A program made the position numbers and the translations under genes. A stretch of DNA of 52,163 nt, the filler included, from Sphacelaria rigidula (Eukaryota): the NCBI GenBank assembly GCA_964200075.2. It is 2 parts of 2 records of this genome, joined end to end, with 100 filler letters (N's around TTAATTAATTAA, not from the genome) between each part and the next. Parts side by side here need not be neighbours in the genome. Positions count along the whole stretch, not along the records: positions 1 to 26,039 come from CAXNAA020000151.1; 1 more part is not named here. One strand, written 5' to 3'. This document shows, piece by piece, positions 1 through 12,100 of the stretch. The number at the start of each line of letters is the position of its first letter. Position 1 is the stretch's first letter. The notes beneath the pieces were generated by a model. The model ran no database searches, was not told the DNA's origin, and saw nothing but the letters and a program-made list of their open reading frames with translations.

Positions 1-1015
1 ATCTTCCCTGCAATAGAGAAATGGGACTTCAACCTCATTTTTTGTTTCAACCCAAAAACTTAGGATCGGCTGTTTGTTGTTCCGATGTCTCAATCCATGT
101 CATTTGCCCGTTCGTTTTGTCCATCTATGATGCGCAAGTCGCACGGTGCACTTTATGCTTTCTTTGCGTGGATAATTGTTTAGCGGGTAGGAAACAATCA
201 AGGCACATACCAACGTTGCACTACAGTAAGACATAATGCCCACCCGGGGGAATGCCACAACTTGGTGCATTCCACGTTCAGTTGGAAGCCAGTTCTCGCT
301 TACACAGGGTGCGCTCTATGAATATTTCACGTAACAATGTTTTCGTCATATTGAGAGTAGAGGATACGATTGAGAGTGAAGAGGAATCAATCAGTGAATG
401 CATCGTTTCAGTTCCGAAATGCCCCTCTGCGAGGCCCGATATACTTTTTGTAGTAGCTCGCCACTGAGGCCCTTCATATCCCTGAGGAGGATATCGACGT
501 GTAGCTGCAAGCACACGCCAGTGATGGAGGCAAAGAAAAGCACACACTGAATGAAAAACTGGCTAAGTTGAAGCAAATGATCAAAGCCACTCTCAATCAG
601 CGCTCCACTCTCAATTTCACGAAAAAAACGTTCCTAAGTATTGATCTCGTTATGCAATATTGCACTGTACTGTTCCACTGTAGAATCCCGCTACTAAAAG
701 CTACATGCAAGAGCAAACTATACTGTACTCTTGATGTGCCCAGACAAGAACATTTCCGTCCAGCCTCCCCGGAGCCAGGACTCCACCAGCCATGCTGGAC
801 TGTGGGTCAACATATTGAAGCGAAGCCACCCGTAATCTCTTCAATGCAGGGGGGTCACCCTAAGCCCCGCACGAAACTAGCGAAACTACTTGACTTTAGA
901 TGACAAATCCCGGATTGCTTGGGCTTAGTATACATGTACAATAGGTGCTTGATCTCAGTAAAAAAGAATATTTTCTTGATCGTCGCGCTCTGACTCATCC
1001 CCCAGGGACCCAGCG

Positions 1016-1440
1016 GTGGTCATTAGACACAAGATGGACGTAGCCAAGGTAAACAAAACGTATACACCCGCTGAAGGACGAAAAATGGAATGAATAATCC
1101 AAAACATTGACAAACGTAGAAAAAAAATGAAATAATTGAAAATGGAGTAAAATCAAGCACAAAGAGGAGGGAAAGTTAAAGGAAGGAGAACACGTGGGAA
1201 AAAAGAAAAGAACCACCTGTCCCGATGAAAATAGTGATATCAACCGAGGAATGGCTGGACCCTGCGACATGCTTTCAGGTGAAAAGGGCCGTGCAAACAA
1301 AAGCACACGCACCCAAACGCGAAACAAAACAAAAGAGGTCGTGGGAGCAGATTTTGACTCAGCTGTTTTGAACCATACTATTTGGGCACGAGCTCCCATC
1401 CACAAGCCCACCGGAAGCAAGGCACCAAATTGCTATCGTA
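1016..1440. repeat. Dispersed repeat family, copy 1 (probable retroelement 3' region)
   Basis: Shares GTGGTCATTAGACACAAGATGGA, GTGGGAGCAGATT and GGAAG(C/T)AAGGCA(C/T)CAA blocks, in the same order, with 10037-10508. Confidence 0.7.
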
Positions 1441-1653
1441 AAAAGCAGCGAGAGAGACATGGGCAGGAGAGAAAGAGGAAGCATAGAACAAGAAGAAAAA
1501 CAGGAAGCGATAATACCCAAGGACAAGGACAGAGTAAAATATGTACAACCAGTAATACCGCAAGGCCACGAGCAAAGAAAAAAGTAAACAACCGAGACGA
1601 GAAGTCAGCGGTAGATTAGCTTCCGTCTTAACCCCGCTTCCCCCACCTATCCT

Positions 1654-3050
1654 TTGCAGGTGGGTGAAGATATGGTGTCAGGATTGATGTTTGCGGATTA
1701 TTTTGTGGGGATTTCAGGAACAGCGGAAGGGTTACAGAAACAGATAGAAAAGGTGCTAAAACACCGTAGGAAATGGAGAGTGCCAGCGAACGTTGACAAA
1801 TGCGCGGTACTCGTCTGTAACGAAGATGAGAAAAATCCGGTAGAGTTCAAATGGAAGTGGGGAGAAGAGGAATTCATTGCCGATCGTAGACCAGTGTACA
1901 TACCTTGGCGTAGAGATCTCAAGAAACTGTTCTTGGGATACGCACATAAATAAAGTAATTGAAAAGGGTAAGGCTCAGATAGGCAGGATAGACGTGATCC
2001 TCAGAGACTCGCACCTAGATACTAGGATCAAGAGATGTATCCTGATGAACGTTTTTGTACCAAAGCTGGAATATGCAGGAGAAGTATGGGACGGGAACGT
2101 GAACTTGGTGAAGAAGTTGGAAACAGTACAGATGGCAGCAGCTAAGATAATACTTCGATGCTCGAAAACGACGAGTAGTACAATTTCGGGAGTAGAGCTG
2201 GGAATGTTTTCACTTGAAACTAACAGAGACGTGAGGAAATTGCGATTACAACATAGCTTCAAAAACATGCAGATAAAAAGATTGCCAGCTATAGTTGATA
2301 AGGCTGCATGGAAAAAAGTTATGGAAGGGAAGGCTGGAATAAGGTGGGATAGAGAATTCGAGACAGTATGGAAGGAGATAGGAGGAAACCAAGACGAAAT
2401 ACTGGCCATATGTGAAGGCGCGGAGTAGAAGACAACAATAAGAGAGGTGACAGGAATAAGGTGAAAAGGAGCGTTCAGACGCAAGGTAGAGGAGGAAAAA
2501 CACCTAGAGATATACGGGGGGTTGAGAGAGGGGATCGGAATGAAAACATATTTGCATGGCCCAATGGACGCGACGAAAAATTTGAAACTGCGATTTCGGG
2601 TGGGGGACCTGGACCTGCATGCCTGAAAGAAGAAATATATTCACCAGTCGTCGAGAGGACGAGGAAGTAGATGGACAGAATTTTCCCTGTGGCAAAGCAA
2701 TAGAGAACAGAACTCATATAGTGGCAGAATGTGAACTATACCAGGAGGAACGGGATGTGCTAGAGGGGGAAATGCGGGACGTACATAAAGGTGGCATAAA
2801 ATCGTTTGATGCATTAGACAGTAGCGAAAAAACGATGGCTACACTAGGAGATAGATGATGGCCACAGACGACAAAACAGGACGGGGATAAGATATGTCAA
2901 AGTTTTTTGTGTAATGTATGCAAGAGATGTAATGGGCACCTAAATGTTGGAGGTGTCTCTATTAGGAGTAGGAACGGTGCTCCGTCTCGAAAGGGATGCG
3001 GGATCAATGGTCACACGACTAAGGCAAGCGACAAATGAGTACGCCCCCTC
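1654..3050 (+). mobile_element. 5'-truncated, degenerate non-LTR retrotransposon (LINE): C-terminal RT/thumb region and 3' end
   Basis: LMFADYFVG (YADD-like), N..KC, YLGV, W..HI, PKLEYAGEVW and a CPCG..E...H....C remnant. Frameshift near 1875 and stops at 2428 and 2858. Confidence 0.92.
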
Positions 3051-3146
3051 ACTATTTCTAGGTGCTCAGGTGCTCCGTCTCGAAAGGGATGCGTGGTCAA
3101 TGGTCACACGACTAAGGCAAGCAACAAATGAGTACACTATTTCTAG
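2976..3146 (+). repeat. Tandem duplication (93-bp offset) of the LINE 3' terminus
   Basis: GGTGCTCCGTCTCGAAAGGGATGCG..GAGTAC at 2976 and 3069, each followed by ACTATTTCTAG. Confidence 0.9.
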
Positions 3147-3249
3147 TCGGGTACAAGGCGCGCTACTTTGTTGACCATTTCTGCCCCGGGTTCCTCACGA
3201 GCAGTTGCTGTTGTTGTGTCAGCGGTGCACAATCTGCCAGTAATCAGAA

Positions 3250-3902
3250 TTCAAAGTGAGGCTTCAAAATGAGGCTTCAAAGTGAGAGTCTGCGATTCAA
3301 TACGAGGGCCGCAAGTTCGACTGAAGGTTCAAGTTGAGAGTTGAGAGTAGACACCCTCAACTTGAGTGAATCTCCTGTTCTCGATCTGAACACCTCGGTT
3401 TTCCACTTGAGCACGGGGTCTTCAAGTTTTGGCCTAGACTTTCAACTTGAAAGGTTCGACTTTCAACTGGAGTCCGTTGAGATGAAAATCAAACCTTCAA
3501 ATAAGAGGTTCAACTCGCAGACGGTCAGAAGCTGAAGCTTCAAGTTTGAAAACCAATCGTAGACTGGAATCTTCAACAGAACGCCTCACATTCAGGCTGG
3601 GGGTTCAACTTCAATTTTAAGGTCGGCCCTCACATCAAAGTTGTATGTCGAAGTTGGGGCCTTCGGGTTGAAGGTTTGGGTTGAAACTTCGAATTTTACT
3701 TCGGACATTCGAGTTGAGTGTTGGGGCTTCAAGTTGAACCCTCGATTCGAAAGTTGAACCCCTTAGCTTTAAGTGGAGGGTCGAGGCTTCAATATGAAGG
3801 TTCAACTTGAAGCTCAGAGTCGCAACTTGAGTGTTGAAGGCTTGAGTTTTGGCCCTGACCCTCAACTCGAACATTCAACTTGCAACTTCAACACTCAAGT
3901 TA
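3250..3902. repeat. Degenerate satellite-like tract built from TTCAA/TTGAA/TCGA motifs
   Basis: Dense recurrence of CTTCAA, TCAACT, AGTTGA and TTCGA. Begins with 13-bp tandem units TTCAAAGTGAGGC. Confidence 0.7.
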
Positions 3903-3904
3903 AA

Positions 3905-6150
3905 TGAACAATAATGACTACATCCCCAGCGGTGGCGGTTCTCCGATTGGCAGTTCTCGACCCAGAAACGTCTCGTCTGTAGCGAAGATCAGATTGGCTA
4001 TCTCTCGTTCGTCTTGGCGTCGCCACGTCTCCTCCAACTCCTCCGCCCGTTTCTCGACTCCAAAAGGCCATTCGCCCATGTTCTTCGCCGCAGTGCCCCA
4101 ATCGTGAGCGTCTTTGACCTCCACGTCGTAGACGAGCCATTTCCGCCATGGCCCTTTGCGTGGACGAGCCCTCAGTGCACGCAGGGTATGCTGAAGGTGT
4201 TTCCCGCAGTACTTGGAGGGCCGGCCAGCCTCCTTGGGTCCTTGTGCGGCTTACCGTCCGATCATGATGCGCTTTGGGAGACGTGTTTCGTCCTGCAGCA
4301 TAAGGGCCGGCGCTAAGCGGAGTGGATGCTTGCGAATAATGTTGAGATACGTTTGGCCATCTCGAGCATATCTCTGCACAAAGGAGTCTTGTTGCCGGTT
4401 CGATCCTTCCTGCGGAGTCCAGTCGCTCGCAACAAAAGCTTGTGGTGGCCAGCGCGCAGAATCTCGAAGTCCTTGGGGTGCAGCGTCCATGTAGCACATC
4501 TGTACGGAATAGCTCTCACTTCCTCCGGTTCACGCAGCCGAATTTTCAGAGGTAGCTGACTAAGCGTTGGGCCGATCGTAGAGTCGGGAACTATACCCTC
4601 GGAGGTGTACACACGCGGCGCTGGTGCGGCGTTTGATTCCGATGAAAACGTTCACATCTGCGCTGACAACACCACCAAGGTAGACAAGCTCGGGCGCCTC
4701 CTTGTACCGTTAACCCGCCGCCTTGATGTGCAGCGCATTCTCTGCGGAGCTGGGTACTGACCACAGGCGCATGGACTTTATCTTGCTCTCCGAGACCGTG
4801 AATCCGAATTCCTGGCAGGCCACCATAAGCATGGCCATCATTCTATGGTAGTAAACCCGTCCGGGGACCTCGAAACTACGCCGGCGCCATGCGCAGATAG
4901 CATTCCCCTCACCGCGCGCCTCATCTCCAGCGGCGTCTCTTTCAGGGGTTCACCATCGCCACCTCTTGGCGTATCGTTCAGATATACGAAGTCTGAGCTG
5001 ATGGCTGGGTCTGCCACGAACCACTGTGAGTTGACGCGAACCAAGGCTGCGCCGAAAATGTTGAACAATGACACTAGCTAACGCCGCGCCCCGGTGGTGT
5101 AATGGTACAACTGACAGCATTAGGGTAGGAATAAAGCCGGTTCGATTCCTGCCAGATGCATTTGGATTTTCCACCAAAATATCTGATTTGGGTAGTTGAG
5201 TAGCAATGTTGAAAATGTGAGGCCGTAAGTAGCAAAAAGAGATGAGCTTGTTTGGCGAGAGTCGACGCGGTGCAGGAGTGCTGATAGCCATGACGTAATC
5301 CGCGAGGTCAACATAATACATGGCGTGTACCGACCGGGGAGAAATGGGTTAACCGTTGAGACTACGGACTCGTGCCGAGGAAAGGGAGGGGTTGGAAGGT
5401 TGGAAGTGTGACTACGAACAAAATAGCGGGGACGAAACGCATCCTTATCTGAGCCCTTAGTATACGTGGAACCACTCTGATGTTTCGCTATCATCCGGCT
5501 GTACTCGAGCTCGCATGAAATCGTGGAATAAACGGATGATCTTGATCATCCCAGATGGGACACCAAAAAGGCCAAGTACTTGCCACAGGCGGGGTGGGAT
5601 CTGCGGAGTCGTCGGCCTTCTGCAGGTCGATGAAGCACATGCTTAGTGCAATGTTCGCCCGTCGTAGCTTCTGCAGTCGGTGTACCACGAACTTTATGTC
5701 GGTGATTTATCGTTGGCGTAGGGAATCCGCGCTGCTCCTCCAAGGGCTTCCCTGCCTCCTCGCACAAACTACCGAGTGTGTTGGCTACGAGTTTGAGGAG
5801 AATTTTACCAGCATGTGCCACAAGGGAGATAAGCCTGTAGATAGTACACTCGGTCCGACCCTTCTTCCCACTCCCGCGGCAACTCGCCAGCTGTCCAACA
5901 GCAGCGATAATGCTGTGGAAGTGGTACCGAATCTCCGAAGGTTGCCTGACCACACCAAGCTTGAGGAGTTCAGCAGCTAACCCATCGGGGCCCATCGCTT
6001 TGCCGTTAGCTATGGCTCTCCGGGCCTCCTCAGTTTCACTTGTGCTTGGCGAGTCTCCAAGTGACAGCACTGTCGGTCGTTGCGCGATGTCCTCGATGAC
6101 GGCACGGTCGATGACTACCGATATGGTATTCCGCAAGGTGGAGAAGTACC
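3905..6150 (-). mobile_element. 5'-truncated, degenerate RTE-like LINE, interrupted by a SINE
   Basis: Minus-strand peptides [18 protein letters not shown]...[26 protein letters not shown], a degenerate MLYADD, YLGG, CATWTL and RLPKRIM.G. Many frameshifts and stops. Confidence 0.93.
5083..5411 (+). mobile_element. tRNA-derived SINE, copy 1 (nested in the LINE RT domain)
   Basis: Head GCCCCGGTGGTGTAATGG (A box) and GGTTCGATTCC (B box), core GGAGTGCTGATAG, 3' end GAAGTGTGA. Collinear with the copies at 26140 and 40222. Confidence 0.85.
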
Positions 6151-7299
6151 ACTCGAGTCCAGGCCAACTAATGAGATAGGAAAATTATAGCCAATCGATA
6201 TGAATTCAAAACAGTATGGTCACCGCACTTCCCATACTTCACAACATGTTCGTGTAATTACCAGAATACATTTTTTTTTGTCAGATCCTTGACCATACAT
6301 CCTAGTTCCCTTCAGTTCTGACCTGCACAATGGAGAAATTAGTCAGTGCATGCTCAACAAAAGGTTGAATCCCTTACTCGGAATCCCTTACTCGGAGGCA
6401 CATTGTAACGCGTATTGTTTTTCAAAGCCGTGACATCCGGCCAAGCTAAAGAGTTGCATCCAGTGTTTATGGTGGGCAAGTGATAAAAAACCCGATTTCG
6501 CCAATTGGCCGACTTCGAAGAGACTGCGGCAACTTCGCCGAATTCTGTCGGATCAACGAGCGAGGCATAGCATATTGTTCCTACGAGTAAATGGCTACAA
6601 CCCTTCGTTCGGGTGCATCAGCTGTATAGCGCGTCATTCAGGCCAACTGTATAATACAGAAAATGACTCAGGATCTGAAAAAGAGATTACGATATACTTT
6701 TGCGAGTTGTTCTTGTAGAACCGCGAGACACATGTGCACTCTGGACAATAACCGTACACACAGAGGGTGCATGAAATTTCCCCGGTACCACCCCACCCTC
6801 CCAACCCCGTTAATTGATATAGATTTCTTGCTGTCAGCAGCCTGAACATACCGCATTGGTACTCGTACAATCTTCAAGTTATGGCACAATTGGCTATACT
6901 GGGCAGTCCCATTGATACCGTGTGTCGTCGCGATCGGCACGGGATCTTAGCCGAATGTTTACCTTGTTTTCCTGTTGTGCTGCTTTCATTTCCTGTACTC
7001 ATTTCTCTCCTCTTCCCCTTCCCCCTTGATTTCAATCTGTTTTCTTAGTCTGTTTTCGTTTTCTATCTTTCCCCTTGATCGTCTTTCTTCAGCGAGTTTT
7101 CCCGTTTATTCACCTTGAGTACCTTCACCTAACGTGTGGCCGCGGCTAGAGTCGTAGCAGCTCAGTTAGTGTACCACAGTCAGTCAGTCACTCAATGAAT
7201 CTGTCGGGCCTAGAGGTTCCCCACGAAAATGACGCAAGTTCGAAGGTTGGCCTTGAATGTTCCTTGACCGGATCCTTACAAACACGAAAAAATGAGTAC

Positions 7300-7362
7300 A
7301 TGGAGCAATTGCGCACGCACAAGAGGACTGCGGTCACCGAGATGGGGGAGAATGCGATACAT
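7300..7362 (+). CDS. TOP6BL: TOPOVIBL exon 1 (MEQLRTHKRTAVTEMGENAIH); true start may lie upstream
   Basis: Phase-0 donor CAT|gtaaaa at 7363. Aligns by eye, without gaps, to the Top6B segment preceding TVRELVEN. Confidence 0.6.
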
Positions 7363-9108
7363 GTAAAATTACGTTTGTGAAAACATGAGGATGGCACATC
7401 CTGGTTGTCAGCATTCTTGGGGAAAAAATGCTCGCATCCGGTATTCTGATGTCACCACGTACTCCGGTTACACATACACATAGAAGGATATTGTTTTTAA
7501 CGGGTTATCTCTTCTTTTCTCGTAAGCGACACTCCTATTTAAAGGCCCCCATTCTCGCGCAACGAGGAGATTCTGTTGAACGAAACTCGATTGACTGTAT
7601 CAACGAATACATGCAGCAAACCGTCAAGGAGTTGGTGGACAACGCAGTGGATGCTTGCCGCCCACGAGTTGGCCCTCCATGGAGAAGGATAGAGGATCAA
7701 GACCCTCCCACAGTGAAGGTGGTGTTGAGGCGAGCGCTTCGCTCACACAGGTCTTCCTCCAATGGGCCCATCGGTGTTGATGGAACAGAGGCGGGAAGCC
7801 CCGGTGAGAGAAACGTATATCCGCGAACAGCACAGCAGAGAACTGTGAAAGACTACAATCTGTGGTGACCAACAAAATGTGATGAAAGCCACGAGGTATG
7901 GTATAATAGATTTCGGAGGATGCACTGTGCCATTTAAAATGATGCTACTAAGTTAGCCCGCAATTCTGCTCACGAAGGGATGTACGATACCATACTCTTT
8001 TAATTATGGGAATATACGCATACATGCAAACATAGAGCTACACACAGTTTACATGTGGTACAAGACAGAAGATCCGAGGAGCAGGCGAGGACGACTTCGC
8101 TCTAAACTTGCCAAGATAAAAATTGCAGATATATCTGTCAGCTCGGCCACTGTAGTTTACGACAGTAACCGAAAGATATGAGGTTGTATTTTGAGAACCA
8201 TGTTGATCCCCGTATTTAAGTGTGTTTACGCGCTTGAGCTCCTCCTTAGCTCGTTATTGTGCGCGCGCGAGATGGTGAGTTGATCGTTCGCAGTATTAAT
8301 TCTGTTTTCGCGAGAAGTAGAAAGAAAGTAACCTGTTCCTGTCCCTACTTTTCGCCGCAGCTCATGACGCAACAGGTGATCACGCGAAAACGTTCGAATT
8401 TGTCGAATTCTACGGAACTTAACATTTTCAATTCTGATTCCGTCACATAGATGCCATCTGAATGGTGCTGGGTTTTGTTTCTTTCAATGCTCCCGGTGCG
8501 TTGCCCCCTACCCCCCCTCGCCCCTCTTGCGTCAACGTATTTCGCGCGAACTCATGTCACGATCGCACAGAAGAAGCAGGCGATCGTCTGGAGCTTCAAG
8601 TTGTGGACAATGGGGCAGGGTTGGCTGACGTTACCAAGGCTTTACTTCTCTTCTCGTCAACAAAGTCAGGCCATGGGCTACGACAAGGTCAGCTTGGCCG
8701 CGTACATCCGGCGACGCTTTCGTTTCTTCTGCGTATATCCGTCCGTGTGCAGTACTGAAATAGCCAGCAGATGTGATGTCATTGTTAGGACACAATCGGT
8801 CTTGGTTGAAAGTACTGTTTCAGGATGCCAGGTCGCAACAAATCACATCAAGTCAATGGCCTGAGGTTGCTTGTACGTCATCATCACCCTAGAACGCGCT
8901 TTGCCGTTACATGAATACACACTGATCGACGGCTTGTATGCTCTCTCTTTTATTGAATCTGTGACCACGGGTTCGCGAGATCGGACTAACGTGCGGAAAT
9001 AATAATATTAATAATTGAACAAAATCCCGTGCGAAATAATTTGACAGTCTAATGGTTAGCCGCCACGAGTAACCTGAGCGTTGAGGCTAGGTTGTCCATT
9101 ACACTGCA

Positions 9109-9183
<75 letters not shown>

Positions 9184-12100
9184 ATTGTTGTTGTTGTCGT
9201 CTTCACATTAAAAACTGTTTCGATACCTAGGCATCTAATGCGGACGCCTTCCGTGGTCATAAGCTAACTACCCAAAATAAGGTACAATGAAATGAAATAA
9301 AAATAAGTAAGACCCAGGAAAATCCAAAAAGACGCGATACGAAATAAATGAAATACTGCCAACCTCATAAATTCCGGGGCCGCCAAACGACCATTCCAAC
9401 TACTGGAGGTAAAGCCCAAGGTTCTGACTCAACACGCGAGGCCAACCAGAAGTGGAGCCCAACTCAGGAAGCAAAGACAGCGACCATACAGAAGCAACAA
9501 GAATCGCATTGCTCTATCCTTGCACCTCTAGAGGGACAGTCATATGTACGATTAGACATGGCATGAGAGGAAGAACACCGCATAACAACCCACCAGCTCG
9601 GGGGAGGGATACCATGGGAGGCAGGGATTAGTGAGGAAAAGAGAGACAGTTACCTTTACCCCCAGGAATCACACACGCAACAGCACACGGACGCAGATGG
9701 GCTTTCTGATGGGTCAACATTACTAGTAAATCCTACCCTTCTTTCAGGAGCGCTGCTCTAATCGACGCTGCAGCTCTTCCTCCCCGAAATGTTCCGATTC
9801 TTCCAATTCCAGTTTTCGTCTTGACCTATGACAGGCTGAGGTCGAGGTCGAAAACTTCATAGCTTTTTATTCGCAGACCAAGCTTTCACATGGCCATCTT
9901 TGAAGCGGACGACAACAGTCAAAATATAACATGAGAACCTTTGAGTAGGTTCAGCAGCATTGGTTAGTTGGTTGATTGCTTGCTTCATTGATTGCCGCAC
10001 AATAACTGATCCACGAGGGTCATTATCCAGCCTTGCCGTGGTCATTAGACACAAGATGGATGTACCCAAATGTGAAAAAACGGAAGCATCTTGAGAGTCT
10101 ACTGAAGAACAAAAAGTGGGAATTGCAAAGAGGTAGGACAGACAAACGGAGAGAACTGGAAAACAAGAGCGAAAACAAAATAAAACAGAAAAATCCAGGT
10201 AAGGGAAGGGAAGGGAGAAGGACTAGCCTAGGAGAAGAGAAAAATATGAAGCCGATCCTGATGAAAGTAAATATATATAAATGAGTAACGGAATGAAACT
10301 GTAAATGATCGGCCCCTGCAGCATGGCTTCATTAAAAAATATCGTGCGCAAGAAGCAAGCGCATGCACCCATAGTCTACAACGAACAAAACGACAACAAA
10401 AAAAGCCGTGGGAGCAGATTGTAGCTCACTTATTTCAAACGGTATCATTTGGGCATGAAGTCTCACCCATGAGGCAGACGGAAGTAAGGCATCAATATGC
10501 TACTGTGAAACATGTGTAGGTGGAAAAGACACGTGTAACGGCGGTTGTTATGTCAAAATCCTGGAGAAAACTTGGAGTTGGAAAATCAGAAGACGAGCTT
10601 CGTTGGGGGAAAAGTCGTTGGGATTCCTGGAAGGAACTTGGAAGAGCTCGACGAAAGAAATGAAGAGCTGTTGTTGCTCAGAACGGAGCTATCCAGTGCA
10701 TGTTTTTGTGTAACACTCACGACGAAGCTATGTATATATACCGCACCGTAACTGAAACATGTATAAGGCTCAAGCGCTGGCGCCAACGCCGGAAAATATG
10801 GACTAGGGATGACTCTGTCACTTCTCTACTCGCAAGCTACCTTCGGGAGTTGTATCAAGGTGCGGCACGGCCCTGTATGTCTTGGGTTCAACGCTTTCCC
10901 TAATTTTCATTCCTGCGTTAGGGGTATGTTACGTCTGTCGTATTGTAATGCGCAGATACCCATGCTTGCCAGTGCTAGGCATAGAAAGGTTCCAAGCAGA
11001 ACAAATCTTCATCAGGCCGCTCGGTTACCGTCAGCTGTATAACGTTGAAATGTGCGTACAAGTGGTAGTTGACGATTTTGATCGTCGATTTCGACCCATG
11101 AGGTTCGCGAGTTTCAACGTAACGCAATTAATCCATGTTGTCAACAACAACTAGTAGAGCGAATATACTTCACATTGTATCACATCGATTTCAACAACGC
11201 AAGGTCATGTCGGGAACACTGGACTCCAGCCGGTACTCCTTCACAATGTGTCGTATCGACCTCGAGACAGGCCAACCTGTCGTCGTGTACAGCAAAATCA
11301 AGGCAAAACCACCGGACTGGGCTCAGGGGTGAGCGCACATACAAGAAGAACTTGTTAGTCCCCAATGTCACTGTGGCAATCGATATCCTCTTTGTTGTCG
11401 GGTTTTCTATGTTGAACAGTGCTGGCGTGTGCGAACATTTGACGGTGTTCGGATCCCATATGGTTATTATTTTCCACATATGGAGAACATAGCATGCCAT
11501 ATGTATCCATGTGTGTGTACACACGAAAACAATTTCCGCGTGTACATCATTGCTTCTTTGTACTGTCCCGTTGTATGTCAACTGTGAGATACGGCCGACA
11601 TTGCAACGCAGAAAGACTGTAGACTCTTTCTCCAGCACGTGCAAAAACGCCCGAAGTAGCTAAGTGATGGATTTCATATGGCTTATTCTTGGGCTCGCCG
11701 GTTTCCCCTGCAGCAAAACACCTGCAAAGTATGGGATGAAATTTTGTACGTTCAACCAGAAGGTGCTGTGCGTAATTACCGTGGGGAGACGCAGATGGAT
11801 ATGGAGTCCAACCTCGGTCCTCTTGTATAATTGAAGGTGCGGCACCGATATTCGTCTGTTTGTTCCCGGGAGTGAAGACGCGTTGAAGTACGCCAAACCG
11901 AGGCTACAGAGCCTGTTCGGACGTATGCACCTGTCGCCGGATAGGGCAGCGGGTGTCACGTTGGAGTGCGAGGTCAGTGTTTGCTGCTCCTGCCGACTTG
12001 GAGGGTGCGACGACGATGCTTTTATATCGCGTAGTGGGCAGGCACACTTGGAAGTCGCGGAGTGCGCCTTGAAGGAAAATTCGAATATACTGCACGTACA

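Noticed and set aside
278-576. Possible exon of a minus-strand gene at the window start
   Set aside because: A plausible acceptor and open frames exist, but there is no recognisable motif or partner exon, so support is insufficient.
5083-5155. Standalone tRNA gene (also 26265-26335, 40455-40525, 17505-17592)
   Set aside because: A and B boxes are present, but there is no clean cloverleaf and each head continues into a shared non-tRNA body, as expected for a SINE.
1654-6150. Active or domesticated reverse transcriptase genes
   Set aside because: Both LINEs are 5'-truncated, with altered YADD motifs, frameshifts and stops.
6367-6394. 14-bp perfect tandem duplication GAATCCCTTACTCG
   Set aside because: Real but isolated and intergenic, with no evidence of function.
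7617-11972. GyrB, MutL, Hsp90, MORC or histidine-kinase assignment for the GHKL exons
   Set aside because: The downstream RFxN, WxxxGL and KVPYxxxxK motifs are specific to the Top6B transducer.
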